This document shows positions 1 to 11,426 of a stretch of DNA of 64,000 bases, in pieces. The stretch's first letter is position 1. The number at the start of each line of letters is the position of its first letter. The translations under genes were made by a program, and so were the position numbers. The notes beneath the pieces are model-generated. The model searched no databases, had not been told where the DNA came from, and worked only from the letters and a program-made list of their open reading frames with translations. Source of the DNA: Amphiscolops sp. MND2022 (taxonomy: Eukaryota); NCBI GenBank assembly GCA_964187785.1, contig CAXLNC010000593.1:124001-188000 (forward strand), read 5' to 3'.

Positions 1-3000
1 GGACCTAGAGAGTGTATCCAAGACATAATATCTACAGTGGAAGACTTCTGTGGGATCCCCGATTTGAAAACACGTGTTTCACTTGTTTTGAATGAGTTTC
101 ATGTCGAAAACATTACCTAATTTTTCGAAATTCTTACATCTCTGCAAAATCGGTCCTATATTGCTACTGATTCTCTTGGGGGACCTAGAGAGTGTATCAA
201 ACACATAATAGCCACAGTGGAAGACTTTTGTGGGATCCCCGATTTGAAAACACGTATTTCACTGTTTTGAATGAGTTTCATGTCGAAAACATTACCTAAT
301 TTTCTGAAATTCCTACATCTCTGCAAAATCGGTCCTATATAGCTACTGATTCTCTTGGTGGGCCCTAGAGAGTGTATGCAAGACATAATATCCACAGTGG
401 AAGACTTTCGTGGGATCCCCGATTTGAAAACATGTATTTCATTGTTTTGAATGAGTTTCATGTTGAAAACATTACCTATTTTTTCGAAATTCTTACATCT
501 CTGCAAAAACGGTCCTATATCGCTACTGATTCTCTTGGGGGGACCTAGAGAGTGTATTCAAGACATATTATCTACACTGGAAGACTTTTGTGGGATCCCC
601 GATTTAAAAAACACGTATTTCACTGTTTTGATTGAGTTTAATGTCGAAAACAATACCCAATTTTTAGAAATTCTTACATCTCTGCAAAATCGGTCCTATG
701 TTGCTACTGATTCTCTTGGTGGGACCTAGAGAGTTTATCCAAGACATAATATCCACAGTGGAAGACTTTTGTGGGATCCCCGATTTGAAAACACGTATTT
801 CACTGTTTTGAATGAGTTTCATGTCGAAAACATTACCTCTTTTTTCGAAATTCTTACATCTCTGCAAAATCGGTCCTATATTGCTACTGATTCTGTTGGT
901 GGGACCTAGAGAGTTTATCCAAGACATAATATCCACAGTGGAAGACTTTTGCGGGATCCCCGATTTGAAAACACGTATTTCACTGTTTTGAATGAGTTTC
1001 ATGTCGAAAACATTACCTCTTTTTTCGAAATTCTTACATCTCTGCAAAATCGGTCCTATATTGCTACTGATTCTCTTGGTGGGACCTAGAGAGTTTATCC
1101 AAGACATTATATCCACAGTGGAAGACTTTTGTGGGATCCCCGATTTGAAAACACGTATTTCACTGTTTTGAATGAGTTTCATGTCGAAAACATTACCTCT
1201 TTTTTCGAAATTCGTACATCTCTGCAAAATCGGTCCTATAATGCTACTGATTCTCTTGGGGGGACCTAGAGAGTGTATCCAAGACATAATATCCACAGAG
1301 GAAAACTTTTGTGGGATCCCCGATTTGAAAACACGTATTTCACTGTTTTGAATGAGTTTCATGTCGAAAACATTACTTATATCTTCGAAATTCTTACATC
1401 TCTGCAAAATCGGTCCAATATTGCTACTGATTCTCTTGGGGGGACCTAGAGAGTGTATCCAAGACATAATATCCACAGTGGAAGACTTTTGTGGGACACC
1501 GGATTTGAAAACACGTATTTCACTGTTTTGAATGAGTTTCATGTCGAAAACATTACCTATTTTTTCAAAATTCTTACATCTCTGCAAAATCGGTCCTATT
1601 ATGCTACTGATTCTCTTGGTGGGACCTAGAGAGTGTATCCAAGACATAATATCCACAGTGGAAGACTTTTGTGGGATCCCCGATTTGAAAACACGTATTT
1701 CACTGTTTTGAATGAGTTTCATGTCGAAAACATTACCTAATTTTTCGAAATTCTTACAGCTCTGCAAAATCGGTCCTATATTGCTACTGATTCTCTTGGG
1801 GGACCTAGGGAGTGTATCCAAGACATAATATCCACAGTGGAAGACTTTTGTGGGATCCGCGATTTGAAAACACGTATTTCACTGTTTTGAATGAGTTTCA
1901 TGTCGAAAACATTACCTATTTTTTCGAAATTTTTACATCTCTGCAAAATCGGTCCTATATTGCTACTGATTCTCTTGGTGGGACCTAGAGAGTGTATCCA
2001 AGACATAATATCCACAGTGGAAGACTTTTGTGGGATCCCCGATTTGAAAACACGTATTTCACTGTTTTGAATGAGTTTCATGTCGAAAACAATACCCAAT
2101 TTTCCGAAAATCTTACGTCTCTGCAAAATCGGTCCTATATTGCAACTGATTCTCTTGGGGGACCTAGAGAGTGTATCCAAGACATAATATCCACAGTGGA
2201 AGACTTTTGTGGGATCCCCGATTTGAAAACACGTATTTCACTGTTTTGAATGAGTTTCATGTCGAAAACATTACCTAATTTTTCGAAATTCTTACATCTC
2301 TGCAAAATCGGTCCTATATTGCTACTGATTCTCTTGGTGTGACCTAGAGAGTTTATCCAAGACATAATATCCACAGTGGAAGACTTTTGTGGGATCCCCG
2401 ATTTGAAAACACGTATTTCACTGTTTTGAATGAGTTTCATGTCGAAAACATTACCTAATTTTTCGAAATTCTTACATCTCTGCACAATCGGTCCTATATT
2501 GCTACTGATTCTCTTGGGGGGACCTAGAGAGTGTATCCAAGACATAATATCCACAGAGGAAAACTTTTGTGGGATCCCCGATTTGAAAACACGTATTTCT
2601 CTGTTTTGAATGAGTTTCATGTCGAAAACATTACCTATTTCTTCGAAATTCTTACATCTCTGCAAAATCGGTCCTATATTGCTACTGGTTCTCTTGGTGG
2701 GACCTAGAGAGTGTATCCAAGACATAATATCCACAGTGGAAGACTTTTGTGGGATCCCCGATTTGAAAACACATATTTCACTGTTTTGAATGAGTTTCAT
2801 GTCGAAAACATTACCTAATTTTTTGAAATTCTTACATCTCTGCAAAATCGGTCCAATATTGCTACTGATTCTCTTGGGGGGACCTAGAGAGTGTATCCAA
2901 GACATAATACCCACAGTGGAAGACTTTTGTGGGATCCCCGATTTGAAAACACGTATTTCACTGTATTGAATGAGTTTCATGTCGAAAACATTACCTTTTT

Positions 3001-4128
3001 TTCAAAATTCTTACATCTCTGCAAAATCGATCCTATATTGCTACTGATTCTCTTGGTGGGACCTAGAGAGTGTATCCAAGACATAATATCCACAGTGGAA
3101 GACTTTTGTGGGATCCCCGATTTGAAAACACGTATTTCACTGTATTGAATGAGTTTCATGTCGAAAACATTACCTTTTTTTTCAAAATTCTTACATCTCT
3201 GCAAAATCGATCCTATATTGCTACTGATTCTCTTGGTGGGACCTAGAGAGTGTATCCAAGACACAATATCCACAGTGGAAGACTTTTGTGGGATCCCCGA
3301 TTTGAAAACACGTATTTCACTGTTTTGAATGAGTTTCATGTCGAAAACAATACCCAATTTTTCGAAATTCTTACGTCTCTGCAAAATCGGTCCTGTATTG
3401 CTACTGATTCTCTTGGGGGGACCTAGAGAGTGTATCCAAGACATAATATCCACAGTGGAAGACTTTTGTGGGATACCCGATTTGAAAACACGTATTTCAC
3501 TGTTTTGAATGAGTTTCATGTCGAAAACATTACCTAATTTTTCGAAATTCTTACATCTCTACAAAATTGGTCCTATATTGCTACTGAGTTTCTTGGGGAC
3601 CTAGAGATTGTATCCAAGACATAATATCCACAGTGGAAGACTTTTGTGGGATCCCCGATTTGAAAACACGTATTTCACTGTTTTGAATGAGTTTCATGTC
3701 GAAAACAATACCCAATTTTTCGAAATTCTTACGTCTCTGCAAAATCGGTCCTATATTGCTACTGATTCTCTTGGGGGGACCTAGAGAGTGTATCCAAGAC
3801 ATAATATCCACAGTGGAAGACTTTTGTGGGATCCCCGATTTGAAAACACGTATTTCACTGTTTTGAATGAGTTTCATGTCGAAAACATTACCTAATTTTT
3901 CGAAATTCTTACATCTCTGCAAAATTGGTCCTATATTGCTACTGAGTTTCTTGAGGACCTAGAGATTGTATCCAAGACATAATATCCACAGTGGAAGACT
4001 TTTGTGGGATCCCCGATTCGAAAACACGTATTTCACTGTTATGAATGAGTTTCATGTCGAAAACATTACCTAATTTTTTTTCGAAATTTTTACATCTTTG
4101 CAAAATTGGTCCTAAATTGCTACTGATT
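1..4128. repeat. Tandem satellite array, ~180-bp monomer (179-181 bp), ~23 copies, begins before the window
   Basis: The unit ggacctagagagtgtatccaagacataatatccacagtggaagacttttgtgggatccccgatttgaaaacacg... recurs every ~180 bp (1, 181, ~361, 541, ~723...). It ends abruptly at ...gctactgatt (4128). Confidence 0.98.
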
Positions 4129-4231
4129 ATAAAGAAAATAGAAATGGTGAAAACACTTTTGCAGACATTCTGGTAACGTTCTGTGGAATGGAATTGTTTT
4201 TCGTCTTTCAGTCCATCCCACCATCACTCTC

Positions 4232-6447
4232 ATGGCGACGTTATTCTTTTATTCTTTTTGACCGCTACCCTAGCTGCAAAAAACGTCAGGTTGAAGGTCT
4301 ACATTGACCCAAATCACCAGAGTAATGGCCTCAAAGCAACCCCTGATGCTGCATTCATTTGATCTTATTTCGAGTGTATACAAGTTCAAACATAACCCAT
4401 CTCAAAAAAGCATACAATTTTTCTCTCAGATTGGACACGGAAGTGTTTACACTGCAAGATAGGGACCGATTCATGTTGCTAGAAGAGAGAAACCACTTTA
4501 TTGGCAATCAATTTTATTTATTTGCTTAAAGTTTGCGCACGTATCGAGAAAAAACTTTGGGCACTACACTCTTTGTGTATGCCCCATCAAATCTGAAGCA
4601 GACTCAGATACTTTTTGTAACTCTAACGAGTGCGAATCATTGGATTTCGATTTCATGGACAAATCAGAGTCCACCTGTGCACAGACTGAAAGTCAACATT
4701 GCTCATCGAACCTACTCTTCTGTCAAGCATCATCTATCTGGAACTCTGGAGAAGATAGCCGCTCTTTCTGAACTAGTTTCTCAACAGAGCGATGATTCAA
4801 AAACTTTCATGGAGAATATGGACCCTGGCTCTAGATTTCTTCTCCAAATAGCGCCTTGTTTCATTGCCCTCCCAAAGTGTAAACAATTGGAAAACGAATT
4901 AGCTGAGTTTAAAAATATGTGCAAACAAGACTGTTTTGCTATTTTTGATGTTTGCAAGACTTGGTTGGAAGTTGCAGAGCGAAGGCAAGTTCATATATTC
5001 AAAGACTTTGTCAAAAATATGTATCAAGTTCTGGAAACCTTGAACTTGGGCAGAGAAATCAACAAATCGAAGTGTCAGTTTTACAATGATTCAGAATGCA
5101 TATCAATAAATGCTACAGTGCTGAAAAAGAAGCTCGACTAAAACAAAACCTCCCATTGCTACGACTCTGATTACAAGGGTACTTCTGACAGAGGCCAAAT
5201 ATCGAAATCTGTATCGGGAATGTCTTGTGTAAAGTGGGATCAATCGAGAAAGTATGACGATCTGCAGGGGTATTCACTCAATACAATAAAGTATGCCGAG
5301 CTTAATGGTTCGGAAAATTTCTGCATGAATCCAATCAATGTCACGACACAGTCAGTCGATCAATCAAAACATTGGTGTTTCGTTGATTATCAAGGAACAT
5401 GGGAACAATGCACCGTGCCTATGTGTCACAGTGCAAATCCCATAGTGTTTGCATGCATAGTAGTTGCCGCATCTATCCTTGCTGCTGTGGCCATGACATT
5501 TATCATGTTACTACTGAAATGTACGTTGTAATTAGAAACGTGATCCCGCAACAACAAGAGTACCTCTACAATCTCCCTCCCTTTTTCATTGAAGATGACA
5601 CTGGTCTGTGACACTTTGACCGAAATCAATAGAAAAAGCTCTCGCGAGTCGATGAGGGTGAATTTGGAGTTGTTTTTAAGGCTCTAATTAAGATGTCTAT
5701 GAATGACAATTTGATAGTTGCCGTGAAATCCTTACACGAAGTGCGGACAATACGGAGCAGGAACATTTCCGCAGTGAGGCCAAATTGTTGAACGAAATCG
5801 ACCATGAAAACATTATCAAGTTATACGGTGTCTGTTTCGAAGGAGAATCCATGTACATGATATTCGAATACATGCCAAATAGAGATCTCCACGATTTCCT
5901 CCGACAAAGAGCGCCCAATGACAGTGAGCTATCTCAGTTGTTATCCAAATCCATACAGGTAGCGAGGGGCTTGGCGTACCTGGCCGAAAAACGATACATA
6001 CATAGAGATACTGCCGCGCGAAACGTGCTCCTCCGAAGGAAGTGTGAGGACAACTTCTTGCCGCTAAACACTGAGATTTTGGCTTGTCTCGAAGTGTGCG
6101 TGTTGGAGACTATTACAGACTCAGAGGCAAGTCCATGCTACCAGTGAGATGGATTCCACCGGAAGCTATTACTTACATGACTTTTACAGCCGCCAGTGAC
6201 GTTTACTCTTTTGGAGCATTGTTATGGAAATTTTCTCTTTTCGCAACCGTATGAAAATGTTTCGAACGAAGACGTTGTAGATCACATTCTTCAACAGGAG
6301 CTCCTAAAAGAACCAATTGGATGTCCCAATGCTTTGTACGGCATCATGAAGCAATGTTGGAACTATCAACCAAAGCAGTGGGCCAGTGCCCATGCTCTAA
6401 TCGAACTGCTACAAGTGGGAAAGATTTGTAATTTCACGGTTCCTTAA
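4232..6447 (+). pseudogene. Intronless Ror/MuSK-family RTK pseudogene, copy 1 (signal peptide-Ig-Frizzled CRD-kringle-TM-tyrosine kinase)
   Basis: ATG at 4232 gives MATLFFLFFLTATLA. ORF fragments carry CRD cysteines (PCFIALPKC..MCKQDC..C), kringle (SGMSCVKW, NFCMNP, WCFV), a TM segment and kinase motifs (HRDTAARNVLL; DYYRLRGKSMLPVRW in another frame). There are many frameshifts and stops. Confidence 0.9.
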
Positions 6448-7029
6448 GCGACAAGAAACCCCTAATTTGCACAATTGGACAATTGGTATGTTAATGCAGA
6501 AGCAATCATTATACAGCAGCGGGTTTTTTTTGTTGAACACTTTACTTTTGTTTTGTTAGTATTTATGTTTTGGGGACTTGAACAACACGCATGAAGTCCT
6601 CAGGGAACAGTTCGAGAGAGACCGAATTACTTTAGCCTCTCTCTCTCTGATTTTTTTTCATATTTGCTTCCAGATATTTGACATTATTCAATCCACGTTT
6701 TCCGAACATTTTGCGGAAAAAAACTAGTCTTCGAGAAGTTCCGAGTTCATTTCGTGAATCTTTTCCAAATGAAATTAGTCTGAAGCAATTCCGATCTCAA
6801 TTCGTGGTTCTTTTTCCCAAAAAACAGTGTTCAAGACATTCCGAGTCCAATTTGTGTTTTTTTCCGAAAAAAAATAGTTCAAGGAGATTCCGAGTACAAT
6901 TCGTGGTTTATTTCCCAAAAAAGAGGTTTGAAGAAATTCCGAGTTCAATTCATGAATGTTTTGCTAAATAAACTTCGTTTGAAGGAAAATATTCAGCTTC
7001 GTTTTTTGGAACCATTTAAAAAACTCTTC

Positions 7030-7640
7030 CCTTATTTGATATAACTGTTGTTTCAAACGCGAAGTTCAGCCCCCTCCGGTGCTAAATTTGTCTTGCATTC
7101 AGTTTTGTCGTTTATTTTCGCCGTCCATACGTTCTTTTTTTGCGGTGTCGTTTCATACTCCTTCTCTTAGGTGTCCTAAGTTCCTTTTAGGCGTCCATAC
7201 TTCTTTCGGTGTCGTTTCACACTTCTTCTCTTAGGTGTCCCAGGTTCCTTTTAGGCGTCCATATTTTTTTGCGGTGTCGTTTCATACTTCTTCTCTTAGG
7301 TGTCCCAAGTTCCTTTTAGGCGTCCATACTTTTTTGCGGTGTCGTTTCATATTTCTTCTCTTAGGTGTCCCATGTTCCTTTTAGGCGTCCATACTTTTTT
7401 TCGGTGTCGTTTCACTCTTCTTCTCTTAAGTGTCCCATGTTTCTTTTAGGCGTCCATACTTTTTTGATGTCGTTCCACACGTATATTTTCCCATTAGGCG
7501 TCCCATGCAGTTTTAGGAGTCATTTTTGTCCCGTTTTTGACCTCGACTCCCCCCCATTCCCATAGCAGTCGTCTTCTTCTCCACAATGGTCTTCCTCTAG
7601 CGTCGTCCCCTTGACATTCTCGTCTCTTGACCTACACTTT
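7030..7640. repeat. ~65-69-bp minisatellite cassette (R66, subtype A) with conserved leader and C-rich tail
   Basis: Unit ttgcggtgtcgtttcatacttcttctcttaggtgtccc...ttaggcgtccata, ~6 copies, after the leader ttgtttcaaacgcgaagttcag(t)cccctccggtgcta. Confidence 0.92.
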
Positions 7641-7857
7641 TACAAGGTTTCAATTTTAGTATGCTTTACTATTTTACAATTGCTTTATTTTTTATTAGTA
7701 ATCAAAATTTTCATTCATTTTCAATCAGTTAGAATTCAATCAGTTGGTAATCGGATTTTTCAGAGTAGAGTTTTCGGTGAGACAAGGATAATACTCTGGA
7801 CTTTTGAAGAAAGGTAGAGTTTTGTCATTCGAAACAACGCTTAGTGTAAGCTAGACT

Positions 7858-8395
7858 ATTGGTTCTTTTTCAAACAAAACTGATTCAAGAAATTCTGAGA
7901 TCAATTGGTGGTTCTTTTCCAAATTAAACTGATTCAAGAAATTCCGAGATCAATTCGTGGTTCTTTTTCAAACGAAACTGATTCAAGAAATTCCGAAATC
8001 AATCCGTGGTTCTTTTTCAAACAAAATTGATTCAAGAAATTCCGAGATCATACCCTGGTTCTTTTCCAAACAAAACTGATTCAAGAGTTTTCGAGATCAA
8101 TTGGTGGTTCTTTTTAAAACAAAACTGATTCATGAAATTCCGAGATGAAATTGTGGTTCTTTTTCAAACAAAATTGATTCAAGAAAGTCCGGGATCAATC
8201 CGTGGTTCTTTTTCAAACAAAACTGATTCAAGAAACTCCGAGATCAATCAGTGGTTCTTTTTCAAACAAAACTGATTCAAGAAATTCCGAGATCAAATTG
8301 TGGTTTTTGTTTCAACTAAATTGATTCAGAAATTCCGAGATCGTTTCGTGGTTCTTTTTAAAACAGAACTGATTCAAGAGATTCCGAGTACAATT
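7858..8395. repeat. 49-bp minisatellite (R49)
   Basis: Unit caaacaaaactgattcaagaaattccgagatcaattcgtggttcttttt, ~11 copies. Confidence 0.93.
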
Positions 8396-9149
8396 CGTTG
8401 TTTATTTCCCAAAAAAACAAGTTTGAAGAAATTCCGAGTTTAATTCATGGTTATTTTGCCAAATAATTTTTGTTGGAAGGAAAACAATTAGATTCGTTTT
8501 TTTGGAGTCATTTAAAAATCTCTTCCCATATTTGATATAACTGTTGTTTCAAACGCGAAGTTCGGTCCCCTCCCGTGCTGATTTTGTTTAAATTCAGATC
8601 GGAGTAAAAAATGACTGACCTTCATTATTCCATTGCCAAGAAGAAGTTCTGAAAACAAATTATATATCTCCCTCGATTGATCATATATTTGAACTGCGAG
8701 TGGGGGAAAGGGGAGGGGTCGAAAAAAACTGGGGTGGGTTGGTAATTAACGGAAAAGATTCAAGAAAACTTTTTGAAAAATAGTATTTCTGAGGTACAAG
8801 TTGAGATAGAACTACAACTTGTTTGAAAAAATTAATTTCCAAGAACGAATTCTGAAAACGAGACAAAAACTCAATTTCTGCTGATGATTAACGGGTTGTG
8901 TGTGGAGGTTAAAAAAACCATCAGAACTACAGAACAGAATGTAGTCTCTCAATGTCTTCAAAGTAATTTTTTTCACTAACTCTTTAGAATTCTCGGTAAT
9001 TAACGGGTTTTTTCAACCCGTTTTCTGAGAGAAAACAACGAATCTTAACTTGGAAATTTAAGGAATGAAAAGAAACTTAAAAAAAGAAAGTAGGGAAGGA
9101 ATTTCCTTCATAAATTGAATGAAAACAAATCACTAATTAGTTAAAACAT

Positions 9150-9420
9150 TCAGTTCATATCCCAATTACTGTCAAAATTTTCAGAATCAAGCATCATTTG
9201 TGTCATGAGACTTGTCAATCATTCACCTCAGTTTGTTTGTTTAGTTCAGGCATCTACTTTTTAGTAGTGCCAAACTGTCTAAAAACTTGCGGTGAAAGTT
9301 TACTCAGTTACGCAACTGCAACATTCTGAGACTTTTCAGCCAATCAGAATCGATTAAAAGTTTGGACAAAAGCATCCGCCATCAAATTAGTTGTCATTCT
9401 GTACCGTTTAAAATCAACAC
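9150..9420 (+). promoter_or_regulatory. Conserved non-coding block with CCAAT box, possible promoter region of the AT-hook/ZnF gene
   Basis: The block containing ttttcagccaatcagaatcga..aaagtttggacaaaa recurs at ~28290-28530, ~34295-34540 and ~47625-47875, each time upstream of AT-hook-gene exons or an RTK copy. Function is inferred. Confidence 0.3.
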
Positions 9421-11426
9421 TCTCTGTCACTAGTAATCTCTCTCACTAGTAATCAACACTCTCTCAATTGTAATTCTATTAATTCTATTAATGAAGCTCC
9501 GTTCAAGAATCATTGAAAACAGTTAGTTGAATTTCAGCTGAAGTTTTTTAAAAAACTTTTAATGTTCTTATCAAAACAATCTGAGTTCGAAAGTGGAAAA
9601 AAACTGATTCATTGCTCTATCTAAATACCTTCAATTACATTTTGTAGGGATTACATACCAAAAAACATAAGAGCAAACAACATAAACAAGCGATCCCAAG
9701 AAATTTTATCTGTAATGCTCATACTTTTTTCAGTGATACTTTGAATTGTGAAAGCTTTTGAAAACTAAAACTTTCGGATAGTTTCTGTTAATCCCCTCCC
9801 AGTAAGCGAAATAAATTAATCCCCCCAGTATCAGCGATGAGATTCAAATGCAGTTAGAGTTATGAAAAAATATAGTAATATAGAGTAATAGAAACTGGGG
9901 GTCGGTGGGGGGATGTTGTTGCGTGTTAAATCCGTAGGGGGGGATTAAAGGAAAAGATCCAAACTTTCTCGTAAACATTTTTGTATTTTTGTTTTCTGAA
10001 ACTATTGTATTTTTAATATTGTTTGCTCTTATGTTATTTGAGAATTCACTTTTTGTAGGAATTTGAAATTCATTTTAAAGCATTCTGTTTACAATTTTAT
10101 TATCAACTACTCTTGGAAGTCACGGTGATTCTTTGCTAGCTGCTGAGCTAGTCACAGTATATTAGAGTATAACCCATCTCCTCCTGAGGCAATAAAAAAC
10201 TAGCCGAAACGTTTCATGTTGTCGGATTTTTTTCTCCAGATTATAATACTTGTAATTATATTCAATCCGAGCCCAAAAGCTCGAAATACTATTTTTACTT
10301 CAATCTGAGTTGAAAAAGACATTTGGAAAACGCAATGACATTTACGCATAGAAGAGGAAGGTTCAAGATCCAAAATTGACCGCCTGGAATTTTTATAACA
10401 CCATATAATGTAGATTTTCAGTTATTGAAACGTTCCTTTTTGCAGGATTTGTAATTGAAAACAGGAAAATCACTTCAAATTCCGAGATATAAATAGTCTC
10501 AGGTGGGGTTTTCAGTAGAAAGCGAATCCGTTCAAATTCCAAAATTTTCTTCCAGGATTTTGAACGTTACGAAAAAGGCTATGCAAAACCCCGAAAAGAG
10601 GCCAACGTAAAAGTGCCTACTCTGTCCAGTGGTGTTCGACCAAATTAAACCCCTGAAGAAGCATTTGCATAGCATTCACCACTGGGCTGTTTTGATCACG
10701 CATTCAGGCATTTCTTTTGCTTTCATATCCGAAAATTGAAAACTTTTTAGTCAAAATAGCTGAAAAAAAAAGAAAGTAACAAAAAAACTTTAATTGCGAC
10801 TTTTTCTCAAGTTTATCTTTGGGAAGTTTCAAACAACATCAGAAATTTCTGAAACAGTCTTGATTGTGAGTTTTGTGCTGGTCACAGGGCAAAGGATCCG
10901 AGAGAAACGGCAAGCAAGTCCGTTCAAACGACCCAACGACACGTGTCCTTCAACGACCACGTGAAGTGTGCCATTTTGATGTGAGCCACGATTAAGGCAG
11001 CTTCCCCAAAACCCGATCAAAAACTTTGATAATGTCGTGTCATCAGTTTCTCCAAATGTCTTCTTCGGAGTTTTTGTTTTTTTTTGCACACTCCGAATTG
11101 CAAAAAAAGATTTCGAAATTCAATCAAGAAATCGAAATATTTTTTTTTAATCACAAACAATCTAAAAGTCTCAAAGTCAAATCACGTGTTTTAAATAACG
11201 TCTTCATTAATGAAGTTAAATAATAAAATCTTTCGCACGTGCGTAGGTTGTATTTTTGAGGACATTCTGAGGCTGTCATGAATTCCTACAGTTTTAACAT
11301 TTTATGACATTCTGTAACATACAATAACTCAGTTTAAAAGCTTTTATGCTCGTGTTACTATCCAAAGTGTTTAATAAAATCACCCTAAAAGATTCGGAGT
11401 TGTTTTTACCTTGTTTCAATTTCTAG

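Noticed and set aside
156-3922. Long minus-strand ORFs with 60-aa repeats (up to 385 aa)
   Set aside because: They are translations of the 180-bp (60-codon) satellite. They are broken by 1-bp indels between monomers and have no domain, so they are not treated as genes.
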